This document shows positions 1-7,295 of a DNA stretch of 64,000 bases, one piece after another. Location of the stretch: positions 32,001 through 96,000 of IMG/VR virus record IMGVR_UViG_3300029319_000004; one strand, written 5' to 3'. The position numbers and the translations under genes are program-made. The DNA comes from a virus. Numbering within the stretch: position 1 is the stretch's first letter; each line of letters begins with the position of its first letter. The notes under the pieces were generated by a model that was not told the origin of the DNA, made no database searches, and saw only the letters and a program-made list of their open reading frames with translations.

Positions 1-42
1 AATGAGGACTCCTCCAAAGCGAAGCAGCTTCTTTTAGATTGA
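1..42 (+). CDS. 3' end of an upstream gene (partial)
   Basis: Frame 1 reads NEDSSKAKQLLLD then TGA at 40-42; too short to assign a function. Confidence 0.3.
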   Translation, partial: NEDSSKAKQLLLD

Positions 43-81
43 TTTACTCAGACGCTTGGGGTGCCTACTATACTAGTGTAT

Positions 82-161
82 GGGACAGTATCTCCTCGCT
101 CTTATAAAGCGTAGAAAGAGTAGTCGGTTACACGTGGGTTCAAACCCCACCTGTCCCACCA
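82..161 (+). tRNA. tRNA-like gene, anticodon TAT (Ile/AUA), non-canonical arm order, encoded CCA
   Basis: Acceptor stem GGGACAG (82-88)/CTGTCCC (151-157), discriminator A158, CCA 159-161. T-arm GTGGG-TTCAAAC-CCCAC (134-150). Anticodon hairpin CGCT-CTTATAA-AGCG (97-111). No D-arm lies 5' of the anticodon arm. Confidence 0.75.
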
Positions 162-177
162 TTAATGGAGGACGATA

Positions 178-387
178 ATGAAAAGAAGCTTAACAATGTT
201 TATTATTGCTGGAATATTTTTTGCTGGCTGTGCTGGTACGCAACCTAACGTTGCAACTGTCACTATCAATGTACATACCCAGCCCAGTATTCACTCTTTC
301 TACACTTACGAAAGACGATGCAAAAAAAGAAACCCGCAAATTTATCAAAAAGTATGCAAGACAGTTTTAATCAAACATAAATCATGA
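178..387 (+). CDS. small predicted lipoprotein
   Basis: GGAGG RBS; basic N-terminus, hydrophobic stretch and lipobox FAGC. Confidence 0.65.
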   Translation: MKRSLTMFIIAGIFFAGCAGTQPNVATVTINVHTQPSIHSFYTYERRCKKRNPQIYQKVCKTVLIKHKS

Positions 388-602
388 GTGGCGTTAACAG
401 ATATTTAGAAGAGTACGAAAAGTACAAACATGTTCAGCTTGAAATTGATATTGTTTACAATAAAAAATCACGCACTTCTGAGCGTATGGTTATCTTAGAG
501 ATAAACAATGACGAGGACAAAGCGCAAGTAAAGAACCTTCGTACAGAAAATATTCAATATAAAACGCTACATTGGTGTAGGAAAAACCTAATTAAAGAGT
601 GA
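384..602 (+). CDS. hypothetical protein
   Basis: 72-aa ORF coupled to the previous gene by an ATGA overlap. Confidence 0.6.
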   Translation: MSGVNRYLEEYEKYKHVQLEIDIVYNKKSRTSERMVILEINNDEDKAQVKNLRTENIQYKTLHWCRKNLIKE

Positions 603-603
603 T

Positions 604-747
604 ATGAAATACATTGTAAAATTTATGTCACGAGAAAAAGAAAAAGATATATTTACAATCAACCCGCCTATGTCGATCGACAGAGCACAAAAAATTTCAA
701 GAGATTTACAGTTAATGGGAATGACAGCGTGGATTGAAAAGATTTAA
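604..747 (+). CDS. small hypothetical protein (47 aa, below ORF-track cutoff)
   Basis: Manual translation MKYIVKFMSREKEKDIFTINPPMSIDRAQKISRDLQLMGMTAWIEKI*; fills the gap directly after the previous stop. Confidence 0.55.
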   Translation: MKYIVKFMSREKEKDIFTINPPMSIDRAQKISRDLQLMGMTAWIEKI

Positions 748-767
748 CGAACTTTAGAGACAAACAA

Positions 768-778
768 ACTATATATTA
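768..778 (+). promoter_or_regulatory. candidate late-promoter motif (ACTATATATTA variant)
   Basis: One-mismatch variant of the ACTATTTAT motif found before other structural genes; intergenic, upstream of 818. Confidence 0.35.
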
Positions 779-817
779 GAGAAAGCTTTATAAGCTATAT
801 TAAGGAGAACAAAACAA

Positions 818-1288
818 ATGGCAGATCGCAAAATTGAAAAAGCCCCTTTTAACGCGGTGAGAACATCAGTACTAGCAGTTTCCTCTGCAACGTCCCTAGG
901 AGATTCAGACTGCGGACGTCTAATCGCAGTTACCGCTGGTAATTACAATATTAATCTACCAGCAGCAAAAGCAGGCAGAACTGTAAAGTTTTTAATTGCT
1001 GCATCAAGCACTGACAACATGACAATTAAAGTTATTGGAGATGACCACCTAATGGGTCGAGTAGCCGTAACAAGCACCACTGCAGACAACACTGGCATAC
1101 CGCAGGTTGTGGACGATATTTCTGGCGAGCTGGTTGAGTTAAACATCGATTCTAACGTGGCCACCACCGGTGGCCTCACTGGAGATGTTATTGATCTTTA
1201 CTGCGCAGTGGATGGAACTTGGATTGTTAATGCACACTTGCTAACTACCAACGGAAATCCTGGCACTATTGCCACAATGACCACTTAA
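818..1288 (+). CDS. putative virion structural/decoration protein
   Basis: AGGAG RBS; A/T/G/V-rich beta-type composition with an LGDSDCGRLI...INLPAAKAGRTVKFLI pattern typical of small phage structural proteins; followed by its own terminator. Confidence 0.55.
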   Translation: MADRKIEKAPFNAVRTSVLAVSSATSLGDSDCGRLIAVTAGNYNINLPAAKAGRTVKFLIAASSTDNMTIKVIGDDHLMGRVAVTSTTADNTGIPQVVDDISGELVELNIDSNVATTGGLTGDVIDLYCAVDGTWIVNAHLLTTNGNPGTIATMTT

Positions 1289-1316
1289 GAAAACTAATCT
1301 TAATAGCTTATAGACT

Positions 1317-1351
1317 AAGACAGCCTTTTAACGAGGGCTGTCTTTTTTTTT
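1317..1351 (+). terminator. rho-independent terminator
   Basis: Stem AAGACAGCCTT/AGGGCTGTCTT with a 6-nt loop followed by a T tract, just after the 818-1288 stop. Confidence 0.85.
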
Positions 1352-1364
1352 AACAGGATACAAC

Positions 1365-2000
1365 ATGAATGAACGATGGAGTCTGTGGCAAAGAAACGTA
1401 ATTGATCGTTTTAAAAACATGCCAGACGAAGAAATCAAAAAAGAGCTACAACGCACTGCACATCCTGTTGCTGTATGTATGGAACAATGGCAAGGCGACT
1501 TTAATATCAGCACGCTAATCCGAAACGCCAATGCCTTTAACGTTGAAAAAGTGTTTTACTTTGGCAGAAGACGATACGATCGTCGAGGTACAGTCGGTAC
1601 TCACAACTATACAGATATTCAGTTTCTTGATGGTGGATACGACCAGTTAGAGACACTAAAAAATCAATATACATTTGTAGGCGTCGATAACAACGTATCT
1701 CAGAAAACCTTTAAATTAGGCGAGTTTGATTGGAATACACTATCAAAACCACCGTTGATGATCTTCGGTGAGGAAGGCACTGGATTGACACAACAAGCTA
1801 TTCAAATGTGTCATATTCTATTAGAAATTCCTCAATATGGGTCTGTTCGCAGTCTGAATGTTGGCACAAGTTCTGGAATACTCTTATATGACTACGTGAA
1901 CTATCTAAAAAATTCCACAAATCAACATATGTTGCGGACAATGAAATATGATGAAACCTGTAGTGGACAGAATGAATCATGCCAACTAACTCTCCTTTAG
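1365..2000 (+). CDS. trmH: SpoU/TrmH-family (SPOUT) RNA 2'-O-methyltransferase
   Basis: Motifs DFNISTLIRNANAF, LMIFGEEGTGL and EIPQYGSVRSLNVGTSSGILLYD; AGGA RBS. Confidence 0.9.
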   Translation: MNERWSLWQRNVIDRFKNMPDEEIKKELQRTAHPVAVCMEQWQGDFNISTLIRNANAFNVEKVFYFGRRRYDRRGTVGTHNYTDIQFLDGGYDQLETLKNQYTFVGVDNNVSQKTFKLGEFDWNTLSKPPLMIFGEEGTGLTQQAIQMCHILLEIPQYGSVRSLNVGTSSGILLYDYVNYLKNSTNQHMLRTMKYDETCSGQNESCQLTLL

Positions 2001-2595
2001 AGTTTAATATTGGTGATCCCGACGCACCTCCTACTGTCGGTATGCTATAATGTGCATGCCCTTGGGTGTTTCCAAAAAAATGTCCCGTAAATAAAGGAAC
2101 CATGTTTCCATCTGAAATACCCATTGGGCTAGCTATATTATATACTTTTTCTCCATATTCTGGTCTTTTTGTCGACATAGGGATATGAGGAAGATCTAAA
2201 TTCTTTGACTTAAGAAGGCAAACATCAACATCTTTATTAGATTTTAATATACTAGCATGTCTGCTTTTTCCCTCTCTGTCAATAATTTTTAAAAATACAT
2301 GGCCACCTTGGCTTTTTATTCTTTTTTCGAACTCTCCTAAGTTGCAAACGTGCGCAGCAGTTAAAACAACTTTTTTATTTCCGTAAAGAACAACCGATCC
2401 AGAGCCAACTGAAAAAACTTCAGGCTCGATGCATGTTTGTTTTTCTTCATTGCACACACCAACCCAAGTTTCTACCTTAACAAAAGCTTTTCTTGCTGTT
2501 CTAATATTTGTTAGTATGGTTGTTTGACTTGCGCAACTATTTAATATGAAGCTAAGTAAAAATACTATTATTAACAGTAATAACTTGATGCGCAT
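1798..2595 (-). CDS. trypsin-like (S1) serine protease, predicted lipoprotein
   Basis: Catalytic triad motifs LTAAHV, DVCLL and GGASGSP. Signal peptide MRIKLLLLIIVFLLSFILNSC with lipobox-like LNSC. Start placed at MRIK (2595) rather than 2619. Confidence 0.88.
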   Translation of the reverse strand: MRIKLLLLIIVFLLSFILNSCASQTTILTNIRTARKAFVKVETWVGVCNEEKQTCIEPEVFSVGSGSVVLYGNKKVVLTAAHVCNLGEFEKRIKSQGGHVFLKIIDREGKSRHASILKSNKDVDVCLLKSKNLDLPHIPMSTKRPEYGEKVYNIASPMGISDGNMVPLFTGHFFGNTQGHAHYSIPTVGGASGSPILNSKGELVGMIHSVHYRFHHISLSATYVDLWNFLDSSRSHIRVFQNLCQHSDCEQTHIEEFLIEYDTFE

Positions 2596-2600
2596 AACAC

Positions 2601-2611
2601 AAGTAACTAGT
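2601..2611 (-). promoter_or_regulatory. candidate late-promoter motif (ACTAGTTACTT on minus strand)
   Basis: Matches the CTA(A/T/G)TTA core and sits 5 nt upstream of the protease ATG. Confidence 0.35.
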
Positions 2612-2631
2612 AAAAGCATAAAGAGTAAAGT

Positions 2632-3942
2632 ATGAAAAAAACATATGTCCTTGATACTAACGTATTTTTGACGAACGCAAATTCAGTATTTGAATTTAAA
2701 AATAATGATATTGTAGTCCCGTTAAAAGTACTAGATGAAATTGATAAACACAAGAAAAGACAAGATGGCGTTGGTCTCAACGCTAGAAAAATAATAAGAA
2801 TATTAGACAACTTACGAAGCAAAGGTAATCTTCATAGAGGTGTTAGAATGGGAAGGGGGATGGGCATTTTATCCGTTAGAGGATATGATGTAGAAGATCT
2901 TCCACAAGGCTGTGATCTTGAAAGCGCAGACAATGAAATTATCACAACTGCGATTACAGAACACAAAAAAAATAAAAAAAGAAAAGTAATTGTTGTAACT
3001 CGTGATATTAATATGCGAGTTAAATGTGACTCTCTTGGTGTTCCAACTGAAGATTATGTTCCTAATCGAGTTGTCGAAGACGAAAGTAAATTATATTCAG
3101 GTTTTGTAAAACATTTAGTTGACGATCAGCTAATTGATCAGTTTTATGAAGGAGAAGAGATTATATTAGAAAAAGAAGATGGTAAGTTTTCTTCTAATGA
3201 ATTTGTGATGCTAGTGTCCAATAGTAATGATAAAAAAACAGCACTTGCTCGTTTTATAAATTACTCTTCACCGCTTAAAAAAATAAGAGATTATAAAGGC
3301 AAAGGACCATGGGGCCTTAATCCAAGAAATAAGGAACAAATGTTTGCGTTTGATCTTTTAATGGATGAGAATGTTCCAATAATAACTCTTATAGGAAAAG
3401 CCGGCTGTGGAAAAACTCTGCTAGCAATAGCTGCAGGCTTGGAGCAAGTTTTAGAAAAAGATATATATAAAAAGCTAGTTGTATCGCGACCTGTTCAGCC
3501 ACTAGGAAAAGATATTGGTTACTTACCTGGTACAATGGAAGAGAAGATGCGCCCTTGGCTTATGCCAATTCAGGACAACTTAGACTTTCTTATGAATGGT
3601 AAAAAAAGCAATATGGATATGTTTTTTGAAAATGGAACAATTCAAGTTGAAGCTTTAACTTATATAAGAGGTCGCTCAATTTCTAATGCGTTTATTATAA
3701 TTGATGAAGCACAAAATTTAACAATGCACGAATTAAAGACTATAATCACTAGAGTAGGAGAAAATACAAAAATTATTTTAACAGGTGACATCGAACAGAT
3801 TGATAGTGTTTACTTAGATGCAACTTCAAATGGTCTCTCTTACGCTGTAGAAAAATTTAAACCACACGAGATATCTGGCCATGTTACGCTTGTTAAAGGT
3901 GAAAGATCAAAAGTTGCAACGCTAGCTTCAAAGGTATTATAA
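2632..3942 (+). CDS. phoH: PIN domain-PhoH ATPase fusion (PhoH2/YlaK-like)
   Basis: N-terminal PIN motifs YVLDTNV, ADNEII and VTRDINMRVK; Walker A GKAGCGKT; PhoH motifs SRP...IGYLPG and YIRGRSISNAFIIIDEAQN. Confidence 0.93.
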   Translation: MKKTYVLDTNVFLTNANSVFEFKNNDIVVPLKVLDEIDKHKKRQDGVGLNARKIIRILDNLRSKGNLHRGVRMGRGMGILSVRGYDVEDLPQGCDLESADNEIITTAITEHKKNKKRKVIVVTRDINMRVKCDSLGVPTEDYVPNRVVEDESKLYSGFVKHLVDDQLIDQFYEGEEIILEKEDGKFSSNEFVMLVSNSNDKKTALARFINYSSPLKKIRDYKGKGPWGLNPRNKEQMFAFDLLMDENVPIITLIGKAGCGKTLLAIAAGLEQVLEKDIYKKLVVSRPVQPLGKDIGYLPGTMEEKMRPWLMPIQDNLDFLMNGKKSNMDMFFENGTIQVEALTYIRGRSISNAFIIIDEAQNLTMHELKTIITRVGENTKIILTGDIEQIDSVYLDATSNGLSYAVEKFKPHEISGHVTLVKGERSKVATLASKVL

Positions 3943-4232
3943 TGGAAACAATAAGTGCAAAAGAATTTGATAGAAACCCTAACCTCCCCTCTGTCGTAGA
4001 GCCCGATAACGATTTAAAAAATTTTTTAGTAGAATATACTGGAGAAACTTTAGATCCAAGCGATAGTCAGGTCACAGTAGAGATGATCGTTGAAGTCATG
4101 GCCAAAGAATTTCCAGAGTTTGTGTTGGCTTTGGCCGAAGAAAATTGGGTGCGTGGCTATCAACAAGCTCTAGACGATGTTGACACTGGTAGAAGCATGC
4201 TTGAAGGTGCCAACAATGATAAACAAGAGTAA
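3942..4232 (+). CDS. hypothetical protein
   Basis: Coupled by TAATG overlap; acidic helical 96-aa ORF. Confidence 0.7.
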   Translation: METISAKEFDRNPNLPSVVEPDNDLKNFLVEYTGETLDPSDSQVTVEMIVEVMAKEFPEFVLALAEENWVRGYQQALDDVDTGRSMLEGANNDKQE

Positions 4233-4920
4233 AATAAAAAGCTATATAAAGTCCCGTCGAAACAACATGGATCAGAAACTAATCAATGGCGTGTACGTCA
4301 TGATTAAGGATCCATTGCCGAAGAATGTATCAATTGACGATAGTATTTTAAAAATTACCAAACGCTTGCCAGATCATTTTTTACGGCTAGTTGATGTGAT
4401 TTACGTTGGAGATTTTGAATTTCTTAAAGAAAAAAATGCTAATGCAACATTTTTAGAAAACGCGATTTACATCACAAACGATCAAGATGATCAAAATGAT
4501 ATGCTAGACGATATTTTTCATGAGTTTGCACATGCTGTAGAGAAAGTAAACGAATATGAGATATATTCAGATGGGTCGATCGAAAGTGAGTTCTTAAGCA
4601 AAAGACACAAGCTAGAAGTTTTGCTAAACTACCAGGGTCTCAAAACAGATCAGTACAATTTTTCTAATCCTAATTTTGATGCAAATTTAGATAATTTTTT
4701 GTATAGAGAAGTAGGATATGAAAAGATACGAAACATTAGCTCAAATATGTTTTTAGGCGCTTACAGCGTAACATCGCTTTCTGAGTATTTTGCTACAAGT
4801 TTTGAAAATTACTATTTAAATGATAGAAAAATGGTGAAATTGATTACTCCAGCTGTTTTTAGAAAGTTGGAAATGTTAAACAAAAACGAGGAAAAAAATG
4901 AAACACAAAATTACTATTGA
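4216..4920 (+). CDS. zincin-type metallopeptidase (HExxH), lethal-factor/PPEP-like motif spacing
   Basis: DIFHEFAHAVE followed later by SLSEYFATSFENYY; start inferred at MINKSK (4216). Confidence 0.65.
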   Translation: MINKSKIKSYIKSRRNNMDQKLINGVYVMIKDPLPKNVSIDDSILKITKRLPDHFLRLVDVIYVGDFEFLKEKNANATFLENAIYITNDQDDQNDMLDDIFHEFAHAVEKVNEYEIYSDGSIESEFLSKRHKLEVLLNYQGLKTDQYNFSNPNFDANLDNFLYREVGYEKIRNISSNMFLGAYSVTSLSEYFATSFENYYLNDRKMVKLITPAVFRKLEMLNKNEEKNETQNYY

Positions 4921-5257
4921 CAAAGAAAATAAAGTGCTTAAATTAAAAGTTACTATACCTAAAAAAAAATATCACAAAGATCCTAACATCTCTGACATTC
5001 GGTTTGAAGCTAAAGAAGCTTGGGACCTTGTCAAAGGTAAAAAAATAGAAGGCTATGTTGTAGAGTTTGCACAATCTTTAGTACAATTAGATAATTTTGC
5101 TCTTTTTCGTCATGAAGGAGAATTTGTTTTTCCCTTGAGAGAGTTGCCAAAAAAGACAGTTGCTTCTGCCAAGAAACCACTTGCTAAGAGAAACACTACA
5201 AAAAAGCCAAGAAGACCAAGAAAAGCTTCTAACAAGGCTGAGAATGCAAAAAACTAG
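4898..5257 (+). CDS. hypothetical protein with basic Lys/Arg-rich C-terminal tail
   Basis: GAGG RBS; C-terminus KKPLAKRNTTKKPRRPRKAS. Confidence 0.65.
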   Translation: MKHKITIDKENKVLKLKVTIPKKKYHKDPNISDIRFEAKEAWDLVKGKKIEGYVVEFAQSLVQLDNFALFRHEGEFVFPLRELPKKTVASAKKPLAKRNTTKKPRRPRKASNKAENAKN

Positions 5258-6035
5258 AAATCACATTTCTTTTTCTGAAATAAAAATTTGGCAAGAGTGC
5301 CCGCACAAACACAAGTTATACTATATTGATGGCTTAAGAGTGTTCAAGGGCAACGAATATACTGCTTTTGGAAAAGCACTTCATGCAGTAAGCGAAAACT
5401 TTCTTGTCAAAGAAATGCAGCAAAGTCCTTCGGATTTTTTTGAAGCTGAGTTTTTAAATGAGCTTAAGGCCCTAAGCCAGGATGCTCCTGAATTAGAGCT
5501 TCGACCCACTCTTGTTAAGGAAATGCGTATACAAGGTAAAGATCTTGCGCCACTTATTAAGCCAGCTCTTGACAAGTACTTTGGTAAGTGTGAAATTTTT
5601 TCTGTTGAAGAAGAGATTTTACAAGAACTTCAGCAAAAAACTAATTTTAAAGGCTATATTGACCTGGTCGTGAAGAAAGAAGATCATTATTATATTATTG
5701 ATTGGAAGACTTGTAGTTGGGGATGGGACGCAAAAAGACGTTCTGATAAGATGACAACGTACCAGCTAGCATACTACAAGCACTTCTTTTGCGAAAAGCA
5801 CAATATTCCACTAGAAAATGTCTCTGTGTGCTTTGGTCTTCTTAAAAGAACTGCTAAAAAAGATAGAGCTGAAATATTTGAAATTTCTTGTGGCCCTAAA
5901 AAAATTAAAAATGCGCTTAAATTAATGGATACTGCGCTTTATAATATTAACAAACAAACTTTTGTTAAGAATAGACTCTCTTGCCATGGGAAGTTTGGTC
6001 AATGCGAGTTTTACAAAACAAACCACTGTAGGTAA
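5244..6035 (+). CDS. PD-(D/E)xK nuclease, Cas4/AddB-like with iron-staple cysteines
   Basis: HISFSEI..WQECP, GKALH, FKGYIDLV, IIDWKT, QLAYY, and C-terminal CHGKFGQCEFYKTNHC; start inferred at MQKTRN (5244). Confidence 0.85.
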   Translation: MQKTRNHISFSEIKIWQECPHKHKLYYIDGLRVFKGNEYTAFGKALHAVSENFLVKEMQQSPSDFFEAEFLNELKALSQDAPELELRPTLVKEMRIQGKDLAPLIKPALDKYFGKCEIFSVEEEILQELQQKTNFKGYIDLVVKKEDHYYIIDWKTCSWGWDAKRRSDKMTTYQLAYYKHFFCEKHNIPLENVSVCFGLLKRTAKKDRAEIFEISCGPKKIKNALKLMDTALYNINKQTFVKNRLSCHGKFGQCEFYKTNHCR

Positions 6036-6038
6036 TTT

Positions 6039-7295
6039 ATGAAAAAGATAAAGCTTTTGGTCTTATCAGACCATATGTTCTCTCCTTCTGGAGTAGGTAC
6101 TCAGACTAGGTATATGGTTGAAAGTCTTCTGGATACAGGTGACTATAGTGTCAGATATCTAGGCGGCGCTATAGGTCACAAGGAGTACGTTCCTCAGAAA
6201 ACTGATAAGTATGGTGATGACCTTATTATCTATCCTGTTGACGGATATGGTACGCCAGAGATTGTTAGATCTATATTACGCACGGAAAAACCAGATATTG
6301 TATGGTTTATGACAGATCCAAGATTTTGGGGTTGGCTGTGGGAAATGGAAGATGAAATTAGATCTTTAGTTCCAATGGTATATTATCATGTATGGGACAA
6401 TTATCCATATCCAGATTATAATGAACCTTTTTATTCTTCAAATGATGTAATTGCTGCCATATCAAAAGTTACTTATGATATTGTACAGAATGTTTCTCCC
6501 AGTGTTGAATCTCATTATATTCCTCATGCTGTAAATCCTGAAGTGTTTTTTCCAATGGATGAAGATGCTATTTTAAATTTTAAGAAAGAGCACATGGCAG
6601 ACGCAGAAAATAAGTTCATTGTTTTTTGGAATAACCGAAATGCTAGGCGAAAAATGCCTGGCAGTTTAATTTATTATTTTAGTAAATTTTTAGATAAGGT
6701 TGGTAGAGACAAAGCTCAGCTTATAATGCATACGGATCCATTTGACCAGCATGGTCCAAATTTAGAGGCGCTCCTGCATAAGTTTAATTTAATTAATGGA
6801 GAGGTAAAGTTATCCTCTGCTAAAGTAGAGCCTCAGCAGCTAGCTATGATGTATAATGTTGCAGATGTAACCATAAATATCTCAGACGCTGAGGGTTTTG
6901 GGCTATCAACGTTGGAATCTTTATCTTGTGGCACTCCAATCATTGTAAACATGACAGGCGGCTTGCAAGAACAGGTTACTGATGGAGATAACTGGTTTGG
7001 ATATGGAATAGAGCCAAACGCAAAAGCTATAATTGGATCACAAGATATACCTTATATCTTTGAAGATAGAGTTAACGAAGAAGATGTTGTTAATGCGCTT
7101 GTGCAAGCTTACGAAAACAAAGATCTTAAAAAAATGGGATCCGATGGACGACAGCATGTTGTTGAAAATTATGGTTTTGATAAGTTTTGCAAATCTTGGG
7201 ATGGTCTTCTTCGATCCGTTCATGATAGATATGGTTCTTGGGATACGAGAAATCATTATAATAGATGGGAATTTTTAGAGGTTAATAATGACTAA
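6039..7295 (+). CDS. GT4-family (GT-B) glycosyltransferase
   Basis: SPSGVGTQ, YIPHAVN, NNRNARRK and ISDAEGFGLSTLESLSCGTPII (EX7E motif). Confidence 0.9.
   Translation: MKKIKLLVLSDHMFSPSGVGTQTRYMVESLLDTGDYSVRYLGGAIGHKEYVPQKTDKYGDDLIIYPVDGYGTPEIVRSILRTEKPDIVWFMTDPRFWGWLWEMEDEIRSLVPMVYYHVWDNYPYPDYNEPFYSSNDVIAAISKVTYDIVQNVSPSVESHYIPHAVNPEVFFPMDEDAILNFKKEHMADAENKFIVFWNNRNARRKMPGSLIYYFSKFLDKVGRDKAQLIMHTDPFDQHGPNLEALLHKFNLINGEVKLSSAKVEPQQLAMMYNVADVTINISDAEGFGLSTLESLSCGTPIIVNMTGGLQEQVTDGDNWFGYGIEPNAKAIIGSQDIPYIFEDRVNEEDVVNALVQAYENKDLKKMGSDGRQHVVENYGFDKFCKSWDGLLRSVHDRYGSWDTRNHYNRWEFLEVNND

Noticed and set aside
43-74. Sigma70 promoter for the tRNA-like gene
   Set aside because: TATACT at 69-74 is well placed as a -10, but there is no convincing -35 at 16-18 bp spacing, so it was not listed as a feature.
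784-796. Short hairpin AGCTT-TAT-AAGCT resembling the tRNA anticodon loop
   Set aside because: Only a 5-bp AT-rich stem; easily arises by chance and has no supporting context.
2536-2545. ACTATTTAAT motif on the + strand upstream of phoH
   Set aside because: It lies inside the protease coding sequence (lipobox codons) 87 nt from the phoH start; not distinguishable from a chance match.
5244-6035. CRISPR-Cas locus suggested by the Cas4-like gene
   Set aside because: No repeat-spacer array and no cas1, cas2 or effector genes are visible in the window.
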